Shown here: positions 12,448 to 23,882 of the stretch, one piece after another
Numbering within the stretch: position 1 is the first letter of the stretch
Layout: every line of letters begins with the position of its first letter
Assembly (NCBI GenBank): GCA_030390025.1
Contig: CM059431.1
Span: 107,324,001 to 107,388,000, forward strand
Direction of reading: 5' to 3'
Source: Squalus acanthias
Lineage: Eukaryota
Length of the DNA stretch: 64,000 nucleotides
Program-made: the position numbers and the translations under genes
Notes under the pieces: generated by a model
Databases searched by the model: none
What the model was told of the DNA's origin: nothing
What the model saw: the letters and a program-made list of their open reading frames with translations, nothing else

Positions 12448-13640
12448 TGTGCCAGCTGTGGCTCAGTTGGTAGCACACTCTCATCTCTGAGTCAGAAGGT
12501 TGTGGGTTCACAGTCCCACTCCAGGGACTTGAGCACATAAAGCTAGGCTGATACTCCAGTGCAGTGCTGAGGGAGTGCTGCTCTGTTGGTAGGTGCTGTC
12601 TTTCGGATGAGACGTTAAACCGAGACCCCCGTCTGCTTTCCTGGGTGGATGTAAAAGATCCCATGGCACTATTTCGAAGAAGAGCAGGGGAGGTGTCCTG
12701 GGGCCAATATTTATCCCTCAACCAACATAACAAAAAAAGATTGGCCCAGAAATTTATCTCGCTCTGTTCCCGCGGGGGTAAGGCTTCCCCGTGATCTCTC
12801 ACTCCGCTTGTGCTTTTTCAGATCCAGCTCGCACAAACTTGATGTTCCAGACATCAGCTGGGCAGTGCTTGCGTATCCCACCGGCGTAGTGAATTCGTGC
12901 GAGCTGTGGGATCACGTGACTCAGTTAGAGCCAATGGCAGCACACCATCTTCCATTCATAAGTTTCACATACGTGCTGTGAAATCTATGAATCTTACACC
13001 CCCCCAAAATAACAGCTAAACCTCAATTAAATTAAAAAAAAAACACATCACATTAATAAAATAAGTATAGTTAAATAAATTAACCATTTTAAATAAAAAA
13101 TTAAATTTTTGAAAAAATTTAAAATCTTTTAAAAAGTTATAAAAATAAACTTACCTGTCTTTAAAGTCTCTAAAAAAGATATACCTGTTAAAAAAAATTC
13201 AAAAAAATACTTAATTCACTACTTACCTTGTTAAAAGTGGGTCTTACTCCTCCTTTTTCCATTTCTAAAATCTTCCGTACTTACCTGCGCGTCCAAAGCA
13301 TGAAGTGCACAGCGTGCGCGCAGCCTGTAGCGCGCACGCGATGCACCGAGGAACCGCCCCCTTTTCAAAAGACCAAGTGCCGGTTTTCAGCGCATGCGCA
13401 GGGCATGCAGAAAACCGGCAATTGGAGAGAGAATACGCGAGAGTACGCAGTGCGTACTCTCGCGTCGCGGGATGAATTTTTGGCCCATTATCTGGTCATT
13501 ATCACATTGCTGTTTGTGGGAGCTTGCTACGTGCAAATTGGCTGCTGCGTTTCCCGCATTACAACAGTGATTTAATTGTCTGTAAAGCGCTTTGAGACAT
13601 CATGAAAGGCGCTATATAAATGCAAGTCTTTCTTTCTTCT
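12448..13640 (+). mobile_element. DeuSINE (SacSINE1-like) split by a MITE
   Basis: Head TGGCTCAGTTGG and Deu core at 12448-12742. The SINE resumes at 13487 and runs to the GCTATATAAATGCAAGTCTTTC tail. Confidence 0.85.
12743..13486. mobile_element. PIF/Harbinger-type MITE with AT-rich core
   Basis: TIRs GGCCCAGAAATTTATCTCGC ... GCGGGATGAATTTTTGGCCC. Exact ATT TSD (12740-42, 13487-89). Removing it restores the SINE sequence AGATTATCTGGTCATT. Confidence 0.9.
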
Positions 13641-14677
13641 TTTCTTTAGAACACTAATCTGCGAAGTTGCAAAGCTTCTGCTGTATTTCCTAGCCTACAG
13701 GGGGAATCTGATAATGGTACACTTATGTCTCTCTTTGGGAAGAGAGTATTTCTATAGTCATGAACATGAGGAAATGTGAGTGCTGGGAAGTGACAGATTT
13801 TTCTATTTTTGGCGTCAAGTATTGGCACCAAGCACAGACAAATCATAAAGCTGGTTTCATGCAAGCTAAAAATAAGTGAAAAGAAATAGTGGCCTCACGT
13901 TGCATTTCAAGAGTGAGCTTAGCAGTCGGGGTTGCTGACCTCTCCTCACCTAAATCCTCTCCTCACCGAAATAGTAGTGGACTGACGATAGACCTGTTAA
14001 GATGTATCGACCAAGCAATTCCTTTCTGCTTGGGAGACTTTTGTCATGCCAAGACTTCATGAGGTTGCATGCAGAATGGAACAAGTGGGAGGAGTCATGT
14101 TACATTTTTTACAGGTCTTCCTGCAGGAACCTTTTCAAGGGCAATTAGGGATGGGCAATAAATGCTGGCCTGGCCTTGCCAGCGACACCCACATCCCATG
14201 AACAAATTATTTTAAAAAAAGGGTAATTTACAGGAACCCTTCAGATACGGCCAATTCGATGTTTTATTGCAGAGGTACCTGCTCCAGTAAGCTGTCAATA
14301 AGGAAGCTTGAGTGGTCAGGGTAACCGATGTCAAAAGAAAAGCTCTTATTTTTGTCTGGTTCCGTCAACGACTCAAAACTGGTTAAATTGTTATATCCTG
14401 TGCATTGACTGGCTGAGAAAACAGCCTCTGAAACGAGTTTTCAAACAATCTCCCAGAATGGACAGTGGAACAAAGTCCCAAAGTGCTTTGCAGCCAGCGA
14501 AGTACTTTTAAAGTGTAGTCGCTGTTGAACGTATGTCCCCTGCTACACCTGCAACTTTAAAACAAGCAACTACTCGGTTTGAACTTTGAGATAAGAACCT
14601 TCCCGCTGAAATATTAAAATATAGCCTATCTCTTAGAAATAACGTGAAAATAAAGCTAACACAGCTTGCATAAAAAT

Positions 14678-15125
14678 AACTTGCATTTATATAGCGCCTT
14701 GCACTACTTCCGGACATCCCAAAGTGCTTTTCAACCAAAGAACTACTTTCAAAGTGTAGTCACTGTTATATAGTAGGAAACATGGCAGTCAATTTGCACA
14801 CAGCAAGATCCCACAAATTGCAATGAAATAAATGACCAGATCATCTGTTTTTAGGTGTTGGTTGAGGGATAAATGTTGCCCAGGACTCTGGGAGAACTCC
14901 CCTGCTCTTCTTCGAATTATGCCGTGGGACGTTTTATGTCCACCTGAGACAGCAGATGACGCCTCAGTTTAATGTCTCATCTGAAATATGGCACCTCCGA
15001 CAGTGTAGCACTCCCTCATTGCTGCACTGGTCAGCTAGGATTACATGTTTAAGTCTCTGGAGTGAGGCTTGAACCCATAACCTTCTGACTCAGAGGCGAG
15101 AATGCTACTAACTGAGCCAAGGTTG
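14678..15125 (-). mobile_element. DeuSINE (SacSINE1-like)
   Basis: Near full-length match to 10059-10506 and 49555-50020. Confidence 0.85.
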
Positions 15126-15459
15126 AAGAAAGGGCAAAGAGAGAATGGGGAGACTGGTGGAGCAGAGGTTTAGGGGGAGAAATTCGCCATGTGTGCACCT
15201 CCCGTTAGCGCCTAGGGGGGCAGTAACGGGGGGGGGGGTTAATGGGTTTGCGGAGGGACGCGGCGAATCCAACGGCACACGCAATATTCACCCGGGATTT
15301 AGCGCTGCCACTAACATTTAGTGCCTTGGCCTTTAGTAACTCCCAGATCGTGAAGTCACTGACTTTGGAACGCCCCATTAACGGCCCAGATGAAAAATTG
15401 ACCTTAGCGCCTTGCCTGAACAATGGCAGGCAGAGGAGGTGTGATGCATTCGGATGGCC

Positions 15460-15768
15460 ACTGTAGGAGCGACATTTAAAAGGATCAACATCCGCTTTCA
15501 TTTTAGTCGCCGATCAATGCGGGTGTCGCTTTTCGTCGTGGTGTGCTGCATGCTGCACAACTTGGCCATCATGAGGGCCCAGCCATTGCCAGCAGGCATG
15601 GCGGGATCACCTCAGGAGGAGGAAGAGGGAGAGGAGGAGGACGAGGAGGAGGAGGAGGAAGAGGAGGAGCAACAGGAGGAGGAACCGCAGCAAGGGAGGA
15701 GGCAGCCACTCAATCGGCCTTCTGGAAGGGCGGTCTGTGACCGCCTCATTAGTCTGCGGTTCCAATAA
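15460..15768 (+). pseudogene. Harbinger DDE transposase, C-terminal remnant only
   Basis: 'RVSLFVVVCCMLHNLAIMRAQPLP' plus an acidic tract plus 'RAVCDRLISLRFQ*' fits the HARBI1-like C-terminus (CCxLHN). The catalytic core is absent. Confidence 0.85.
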
Positions 15769-15932
15769 ATTCTACCGCACGTCCTGGTTGCTCACATCAT
15801 CCCCATCATTCCATCCATTTCACATGCCATATCACAGCGCAAAGCTGAAATGAGAGACAGCACAAATTCTGCAAAAATACATTAATAATTTATCGACATT
15901 CAGAAAACACATATATACAACCACAATATTAA

Positions 15933-17812
15933 CTAATCACCCTTGTGCAAACCGTTACTTCCCCACTTTACAATCCCTTTTCCTAATCTACTGCTCCTAC
16001 GCAGTCTGTGCCCAGTGGCTGCAGCAGGGTGGGTGGAAGGCTGCTGAGTGTCGGTGCAAGAGAATACAGATGGCCCTGCAGGACACCCTCGACCAGCTCT
16101 GGGCCTGGAAGGCCCGGCTGTAGACTGCACCACCTCAGGCTGGGCGGCGCCAGTCTAGCCTGGCTGGATGACAGGCAGCGACAAGGGCAATGGCGGAGGG
16201 GCAGTGGTGGGAGCAGGAATGCTGTCATCCTGAGAGAGGACAGCAGCTTCCTGCTCCACTGACCTACTGCCAATCCCCCGGGGCAGCACCTCAGCATCCC
16301 TACCAATCTGCTGTCGCACAGATTGCTGGCCTGCTGCGACACCGTGAGATCCCCGGTGGACTGTGGTGGACCCAGCGATAATGGCAGCAGTCAGAGCTTG
16401 CGTGGCATCAAGCTGAGACTGCAGGAGAGCAGTCTGAGACTCAATGGCAGCAACTAAGACTTTGTGTGGCTTCCGCCTGTGCTGCAATGGCTGCTGCCAC
16501 ATCGCCCATGACACGTGGCATGAGGTCTGGGTGCCCACGATTTCTCAGAGAGTCCATCATTGTTTGCAGACTGCCAAGGATGGGCTCCATGGTGTGCGCA
16601 GAGCTCTGTGCAATGTTGGAGGCGGACTCCTCCATGCTCCTTACCATTTCCGACAGGCTCTCGGGCACCCTTGCCTTTGCACCTATCATCTCCGTGTACA
16701 TGCCCATCACCCTTCTTGTGAACGCCTCCCCATCGAGGTCCTCATCTGAATCGTGTGCAGCAGAAGTTGCACGCAAACTCACCCTCTGGGGAGCTGGCTC
16801 CCGAGCTACCCTTTCCCCCTGGCCTTGCTGCAGCCCGCTCGTCCCCGGTGCATCACCTAGTGCAGACCCCTCTACTAAACTTGCCTTTAAAGATGGCGTA
16901 GTGCCAGTATCTGAGGTGGTGCCTGCGGGTGAGAGATGCAGTGACGCGGTGCTTTCTTCCTCCTCCTCTTCTCCTGCCTCACTCTCACTGGGAGGCTCAG
17001 GGACAGGCTGGTCATCTGGTTGCTGATTACCTGAAAGCATAAAGTCACAAGACTCGCGTTAATGTGAGGGCAGGGGGCAGGAAGGGAGCAAAGAATGCAG
17101 ACAGTATAATGAGTTGGAAAGTGGGAAAGGCTTGTGGTGTGAGGGGGAAGTGGGATGAGAGGAAGAGGGGCTGACCATTACGTTGTTGTCCCCAAGTGGG
17201 TCAACGTAGCCGACAGCAACGGTGCCCACCACCTGGCGCTCAATGACTCTCTGCACTGGCTCCTCCAGGTCTGTGAGCTGTTGGATGTCCGCTTCACCCC
17301 TGCCTGTTCGTTCCTGCTCCCTCCTATTGTGGGCCAGCTTGGCCTGCAAGAGAAAGGAAAGCATGTGAGTGAGTGTGCAGCTATGTGTTTGGGAGATGTA
17401 CTTGCCATAGTTGAATAGCTGTGATTGTAGGCAAGGCGTGAGATGTGGATGTGAGTTTGAGTAGGTGGAGATGCTTGGTGAGTGAGTGGTGTGGGTGTGG
17501 TGGTTTGTGCAGTGTGTACAGACTGAGGTTCAGATGGTGGTATGCGGACTTGTTGAAGCATGTACTCACCCTGACCACACGAGTGAGGTTGTTGAATTTT
17601 TTGTGGCACAGTGTGAGGGTCCTGAGGACCACACTGCTGGCCGAGACGTCCTGGGCCACTTCCCTCCACATTGCCCTGAAGACCTGGGGCAAAGGCCTCC
17701 TGCCAGTGGCCGGGAACAGCACTGCCCTCCTTCTTTCGACTGCCACGACCAATGCCTCCAATGCTTGGGCGCTGAAACGGCGAGCTCTCTCCCTAGGACT
17801 GGGATCAGCCAT
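15933..17812 (-). pseudogene. Harbinger Myb/SANT-like DNA-binding protein, 3 exons, disrupted
   Basis: Exon 1 is 17812-17570 (RARRFSAQALEALV...WREVAQDVSASSVVLRTLTLCHKKFNNL, then GTGAGT). Exon 2 starts at 17343 after TTGCAG (AKLAHNRREQERTGRG) and ends near 17180. Exon 3 starts at 17030. Frameshift near 16460 and in-frame TAG at 16155-57. Ends LHKGD*. Confidence 0.88.
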
Positions 17813-17985
17813 GAGGATAAGAGGTGTTATTGTTTAGTTGCTTGGAGGCCGTCTCAGAGCCAGCAATGTTGAGAATGAGGTTGTGCAGAATGAATGAACC
17901 TCCCCTTTAAAAACTGGAAGGAGCCAGTGTGAATGATGAGTCCCGATTGGAGTGCGCCTGAAATTGGTTATCGCTCTGCGGGTAG

Positions 17986-18264
17986 CGCCCCCACTCTCTG
18001 TGTGTCGTGCCCCACTCTCTGTGTGTCGTGCCCCACTCTCTGTGTGTCGTGCCCCACTCTCTGTGTGTCGTGCCCCACTCTCTGTGTGTCGTGCCCCACT
18101 CTCTGTGTGTCGTGCCCCACTCGCTGTGTGTCGTGCCCCACTCTCTGTGTGTCGTGCCCCACTCTCTGTGTGTCGTGCCCCACTCTCTGTGTGTCGTGCC
18201 CCACTCTCTGTGTGTCGTGCCCCACTCTCTGTGTGTGGTGCCCCACTCTCTGTGTGTCGTGCCC
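17986..18264. repeat. 21-bp minisatellite (GCCCCACTCTCTGTGTGTCGT) x about 13
   Basis: Near-perfect tandem array seen directly. Confidence 0.97.
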
Positions 18265-19391
18265 TATGTTAGCTGATTATCACTTGATTTAGAGCTCCAG
18301 TTCTTGGAGCGCTACCAATCAATTTAGCGGGAGGTCAGAAGGATTAGTGCCTGGCGCTAACTCTGCAACTTTTTAAAATTTAGCGCCCCAACTGGGGCGA
18401 TACCGAATTTCTCGCCCTACATTCTTAATGCTATTTAATGCTATTTATTAAAATATTTATAGCTGGTTATTTTAGTGAAATAATAGTAATACAGTGATAA
18501 AGCTACTCATACACGTGAGTTGTGTTATCACTAGATTATTAGGATATTTTCAGCTTCAAGTTGTTGGAGGAGAAAAGAAAGTTTGACCCTTGCTACCGTT
18601 AGTTAAACAGTCTGTTCGTTGAAGACTTTCAAGAGCACAACTTGTTGCTCCAGACGCCCATGGACAAAAGAGATATAAACAAAAAGAAAAGTATACAAGA
18701 TTCTACACTAACGTGTCTCAGGGCAATTGTATTGAGGCATCAACCACACCTTATTATTCTGCGGCACAACAAGTTGTAGCTCTATCACACATCCTATTTC
18801 CTTTGTTAAGTCTTAATAAGCCGCGAGCTATTCCATTTTCTTCTATCTAGAAATGTCAATACTTTTTAAATCATTCATATGTGATAATCCTTTGGGAAGT
18901 TATGATCCTTCAGAGCTTACCATTCATAAAAAAGTTTTTGGCTGAAATCATATTGCATTTTCGAAAGCAAGTGCTTAATTAAACATGGCACCAAAATCAC
19001 CCCTCACTGCAAAACCCTAAGGGTGAAACATAATGCAGGTACTTAGTATCTAATTAAACCTCGCATTTTGGAGATTAAGATAACACATGTCTGAACTTTG
19101 TTATTACTTTAACTTTCGTTCAGATATTAGTTTTGGTACATCACCTAAAGTGCTCCTTTTTTTCAATCTATATTTAAATTGCACTTGTGGGTATGGGGGT
19201 GGTGCTAATTTGTGTGTTGTGGTCAAACGAGGCCTCCTGTACAGATCAGAACTCCTAGAATGTTACCTCTCGTTTGGGTATAAAGAGGGCATCAATTGAG
19301 AGATTCTGGTAGGTCCGGCAATGCTGACCAGAAAAGCCTAAGTTTGAATAGTGCAAAAACAGACAATAGACGTATCAAGACTCAGTCAGAC

Positions 19392-19608
19392 ATCTGAAAT
19401 AACAACAGAAAGTGCTGGAAACACTCAGCAGGTCAGGCAGCATCGAAGCGAGGAGAAACAGAGTCAACGTTTCGTGACGAAACCTTCGTCAGACCTGAAA
19501 CGTTGACTCCGTTTCTCCTCTCTTCGATGCTGCCTGGCCTGCTGAGTGTTTCCAGCACTTTCTGTTGTAATTTCAGATTTCCAGCACCCGCAGTATTTTG
19601 CTATTGTA
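19392..19608. mobile_element. Short inverted Penelope-like element remnant (pLTR fold-back)
   Basis: Inverted arms of about 80 bp around a CTGACGA...GAAACGTT core. 15-bp direct repeat TCAGTCAGACATCTG at 19382-96 and 19609-23. Same sequence family as 42182-42862. Confidence 0.85.
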
Positions 19609-20759
19609 TCAGTCAGACATCTGTTACTTTAGAGAAGTGTTCTAGTGTGAATTAACAATGGCAGGTAAGTGTTGCAGATATCAAGACAGTTTGTATTCAG
19701 CATCCTTGAAGCACTTGTCTACTGTTGGGCAGCTTCCTTGTTCGAATTTGTCTTGTTACTTTAAACACCAGGGTACACACACATGCACTTGCAACAATTC
19801 AGGAACAGGTCTTTATTGAGACATCATACTTCACGATTCCAACATGAGTGCTTCTATACAGTAGTTCACTCACATCTCTTATACAATTTTTACCTTTGAT
19901 CTCTACATCCCATGCATACCATCAATAAATCATAGTATCTCAATGATACGTAAAGGTGACAACAGAAATACAACATGGACCCAGCCAACTGCACTTAGCC
20001 CTTCTTAATCTCTTCTAATAATGTTATTATCATAGTTATATTGCCCTCATAAACTCTTCTGATCTATAAACACAAGTGACCCAGCTAACATATTCCAGAC
20101 CATCACAGACATGGCTGAGTGATTCTCACACATTCCACCACCCTCTTTACCTGTGGAGATATCCTTGCCTTATGCCTCCTTACACACTACATCCCATGCT
20201 CAGCAGAAAGCTGTTTTAACTCATTGTGTGCTGGTCCCACAGACTGCCCGGGACATTGAGGTACTCGGGTCGTGTGAACTCTTGTTCCCTTTACTTCTTG
20301 AACTTATAGGGAAGCCGTGTCTGTTTCTTAGACTGGTAGCCAAGTAGTTAAGACATAGTTACATTTTCCAATTAAAACTGGTTTCAACATCCTCCCCAGT
20401 TGTTATTTGCTTAGTAAGTGATTTATATTAGATTCTGTCTTTGAAACTCAAAACCAGAGGGAGCCTTGTTCCAAAGTATAGGGTCGGAATTTTTACCTTT
20501 GCATTGGCGTTGGGTGCCTGAGGGTGGGAACGCAATGTTCTGAGCAACGCACCTCTCAGAGCGACTTTTACTTAATGGCCCCAATTGAAAGACTCATGCA
20601 CGTTTCCCGGCCCTATTAAATGGTGTGGGTCTGATGACGTCATCGATGACTCATTTCCAGCGCCCATATTTAAAGCAGCCTTGCACTCAACTCATTTGAA
20701 GGTTGCTGGAGGAGGGTGAACGTGACAAAGAAAGGCCACAGTACTCTTATAACTTTGGA

Positions 20760-21736
20760 AGGATGGATAGCCAAAGGCAGAGGGCTTGCACCACGCTTCT
20801 CTGATTCATCCCTGCATACTCTGGGGGAGGCTGTCAGAGCAGGCAGGGAGGTCCTCTTCCCTGCTGACAGGCAATGGAGACCTCCACAAGCAATAAAGAG
20901 AGCCTGGCTGGATATAGCTGAGGAGGTCAGCAGCAGGGATGTGGTGAGAAGAACTTGGCTACGGTGCAGGAAACGCTTCAATGATCTCATGAGGTCAGGA
21001 AAGGTGAGTGCAATGCCACACTCACCCTCGTCCTGAAGTGCCTGTCAACACATCGCCATCACTCTGCCTTCCCAAGCCTACTCCTGCACATCATTCCTCA
21101 CAGCAACACACCTTGCACGTCTACCCATCCCTCTCTGTAAATGCACCTACTCACATCCCCATCTGACTAACCACCACTGACACTCACCCTCATCCTAATG
21201 CAATCATAGCAAGTAACACCACAGAAGAAGGCCTTTTGGCATTGGCACCGCACTCCCTCATAGTCACCCTCTACAGATGTAACAGATGCAGCAAATGCAC
21301 CACTCACATGAGCACATGCTAGCTGTGGACAACAGATGGCAGGTGCTCATAGACCTCCTCTCAAGGAGGGATGTAAACGTCGACTTGAGCCTTCATCGCC
21401 CCATTGCTATGCAGCAAGTTGCTCGCCAGCTCCTTGCTAGCAGGGAATTGCGGGTGGCCCATGAGAGGGATGATGGTGAGAGGGGTCATGGAAGTGGGAG
21501 CTCTTCTCAAAGTGCTCTCACTTCCCCCCCCATTGCCTCCTCTTCAGTCAGAGCCCCACATGCTTCCTTGGATCCCGATGGCTGAGTCTGCCCCTGCACA
21601 GTCGCAGGAGGAGCAGACTTTGGTGGGGCCATCACAGGCTCCAAAACCCAGAGGACGTCCGCCAAAAGTGTCTGGCGAATTGCAGCTGAAGCCACAGGGG
21701 TTGCACTTTATAGAAGCACTCGGAAAAGAAAACTGA
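20760..21736 (+). pseudogene. Harbinger Myb/SANT-like protein (exon 1 and C-terminal remnant)
   Basis: 'APRFSDSSLHTLGEAVRAGREVLFP...AWLDIAEEVSSRDVVRRTWLRCRKRFNDL' ends at the donor AAG|GTGAGT (21003/21004). A later 'PKPRGRPPK' AT-hook-like motif lies near 21640-21670. Confidence 0.85.
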
Positions 21737-22029
21737 CACAAAAGTAAATGCACACGGGTGTATGACAAGAAATGTTAGTGCTAAGTTTCAGTTATTTTGA
21801 TAACACACGTAAATGTTTTTCTTTGCACCACTTTCGGGTCTTATCCATTTTGCCTCAAACCTTGGTAGTGGCTTTGTCACTTGGAATGAATGGTGACACA
21901 TTATTTAACCTCAAACATTGGGGCTTTGGGTGAGAGGAATGGATTGGACATTGTAGGGATGCTGGGGGATGGGGGGTTTGGGAAATTAGTACAGAATGTG
22001 GCAGCCATGTGGCTGCATTGGAGCAAGTT

Positions 22030-23882
22030 AAGTAAATCTGGCCATGCTGAGGCCATCCCAGCCTCCCGGGCAGCAATGTGCGCCGTTGCTGTGCCATGTG
22101 CATCTCAGGTTCCTCCTCCTCCTCCTTTGAAGAGGCTGCACGCTGTGCACCTTGCTCCACCTGCAGCTCCAATCCTTGCTGCTGCGCTATGTTGTGCAGC
22201 GCGCAGCAGACAATGATTCTGCAGACTTTGGCTAGTGCGTACTGAAGGGCTCCTCCAGATCTGTCAAGGCATCTGAAACGCATCTTCAGCATGCCTATTG
22301 CTTGTTCAATAACACATCTGGTGGAAATGTGGCTTTCATTGTTTCTCTCCTGGGCCTCAGTACTTGGCTTCCTCAAGGGTGTCATGAGCCATGTCTTCAG
22401 TGGATAGCACTTGTCTCCAAGCAACCAGCTGGTAAGTCTGTTTGGAGATATGAAGAGCTGAGGAAGGGTGGACTGGCACAGCATAAAAAAGTAATGACAG
22501 CTGCCAGGGAATAGAAACATAGCAGATAGGAGCAGGAATAGGCCATTCGGCCCTTCAAGCCTGCTCCGCCATTCAATGAGATCATGGCTGATCATCCAAA
22601 TTCAGTACCCTGTCCCTCCTTTCTCCCCATATCCCTTGATCCCTTTAGCCTTAAGAAATATATCTAACTCCTTCTTGAATATATTAAATGATTTGGCCTC
22701 AACTGCCTTCTGTGGTAGAGAATTCCACAGGTTCACCACTCTCTGGGTGAAGAAATTTCTCCTCATCTCAGTCCTAAATGGCTTACCCCTTATCCTTAGA
22801 CTATGACCCCTGGTTCTGGACTCACCCGCCATCGGGAACATCCTTCCTGCATCTGGTCTGTCTAGTCCTGTTAGAATTTTATAAGTTTCAATGAGATCCC
22901 CTCTCATTCTTCTAAACTTTAGCGAGTATAAGCCTAATCGACCAAATCTCTCTTCATACGTCATCCCTGCCATCCCAGGTATCAGTCTGGTGAATATTTG
23001 CTGCACTCCCTCCATGGCAAGAACATCCTTCCTCAGATAAGGCGACCAAAACTGCACACAATACTCAAGGTGTGGTCTCACCAAGGCCCTGTACAACTGC
23101 AGCAAGACATCCTTGCTCCTGTACTCGAATCCTCTTGCTATGAAGGCCAACATACCATTTACCATGTGGCATACAGGTGCATGATGATCTTTTTATGGTT
23201 GCAAATGAGCTGCACATTGAGGGAGTGGAAGCCTTTGTGGTTCACAACCACTCCTGGGTGATGATGGGGTGCCTTCATGGCCACATGTGTGCAGTCGATG
23301 ACACCCTGCACCTGTGGGAAGTCAGCCAGAGCTGCAAAGCCGGGTGCCCGCTCAGTAACACTGGCTTCAGCAGTGGCAAAGTTGATATAATTGGCTGACT
23401 TGTGAAACATGTCATCGGTGACCTGTGTGATGCATCTGTGGGCGGCCAACTGCGAGATGCCGCAAATGTCTGCTGCAAATCCCTGGAAGGAGCCTGAGGC
23501 GAAGAAGTTGAGGGCGCTGGTGACTTTGACAGCCACTGGTAAGGCATGTCCACCAGGTCCTCTGGGCAGCAGGTCTTGTTCCAGCAAACTATAAATGTCT
23601 CCCACGACCTGGCACGATAGCCTGAGCCTCCTTTGGCACTGCTGCTCAGTCATGTTGAGGAAGCTCATCCTCGGCCTGTATACCCTGTGTTGGGGGTATC
23701 TCCTCAGGCACAGTGCTGCCTTGTGTTGACCCCCTCTCTTCTGTGGAGTATCAGGTCATTGAGGAAAAGGCTGCTGTTTAACGCTGCTGCTGCTGCTGGT
23801 GTTGTGGCTGGTGTTGTTGGTGGTTGGGCTCATCTTGGTCCGATTCTGAGCACCAAGGTGAGACAGTATAAGTGGCACCCAT
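22030..23882 (-). pseudogene. Harbinger (HARBI1-like) DDE transposase split by a CR1 insertion
   Basis: N-part ORF 23159..23668 '[10 protein letters not shown]...[13 protein letters not shown]...[12 protein letters not shown]'. C-part in ORF 21855..22595 'FPGSCH...LLGDKCYPL...[20 protein letters not shown]...CCALHN'. In-frame stop in the N-terminal leader. Confidence 0.93.
22512..23163 (-). mobile_element. CR1 LINE, 5'-truncated, inserted in the Harbinger transposase
   Basis: ORF 22602..23165 is a CR1 RT C-terminus, highly similar to 8100-8778. Confidence 0.95.

Larger units (their letters stand above)
15173..18417. mobile_element. Non-autonomous PIF/Harbinger transposon (family A), about 3.2 kb
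   Basis: TIRs GGGGGAGAAATTCG ... CGAATTTCTCGCCC, flanked by TA on both sides. Contains a transposase C-terminal remnant (+) and a convergent Myb/SANT gene (-). Confidence 0.92.

Noticed and set aside
17986..18264. CRISPR-like array, or repetitive proteins (CPTLCVS)n / (GHDTQRV)n
   Set aside because: Units are contiguous with no unique spacers and no cas genes. The ORFs arise because the 21-bp unit has no stop codons.
21855..23882. Host HARBI1 gene
   Set aside because: It lies between TIRs with a TSD, is paired with a Myb gene, has stops and is split by a CR1. It is a transposon copy.
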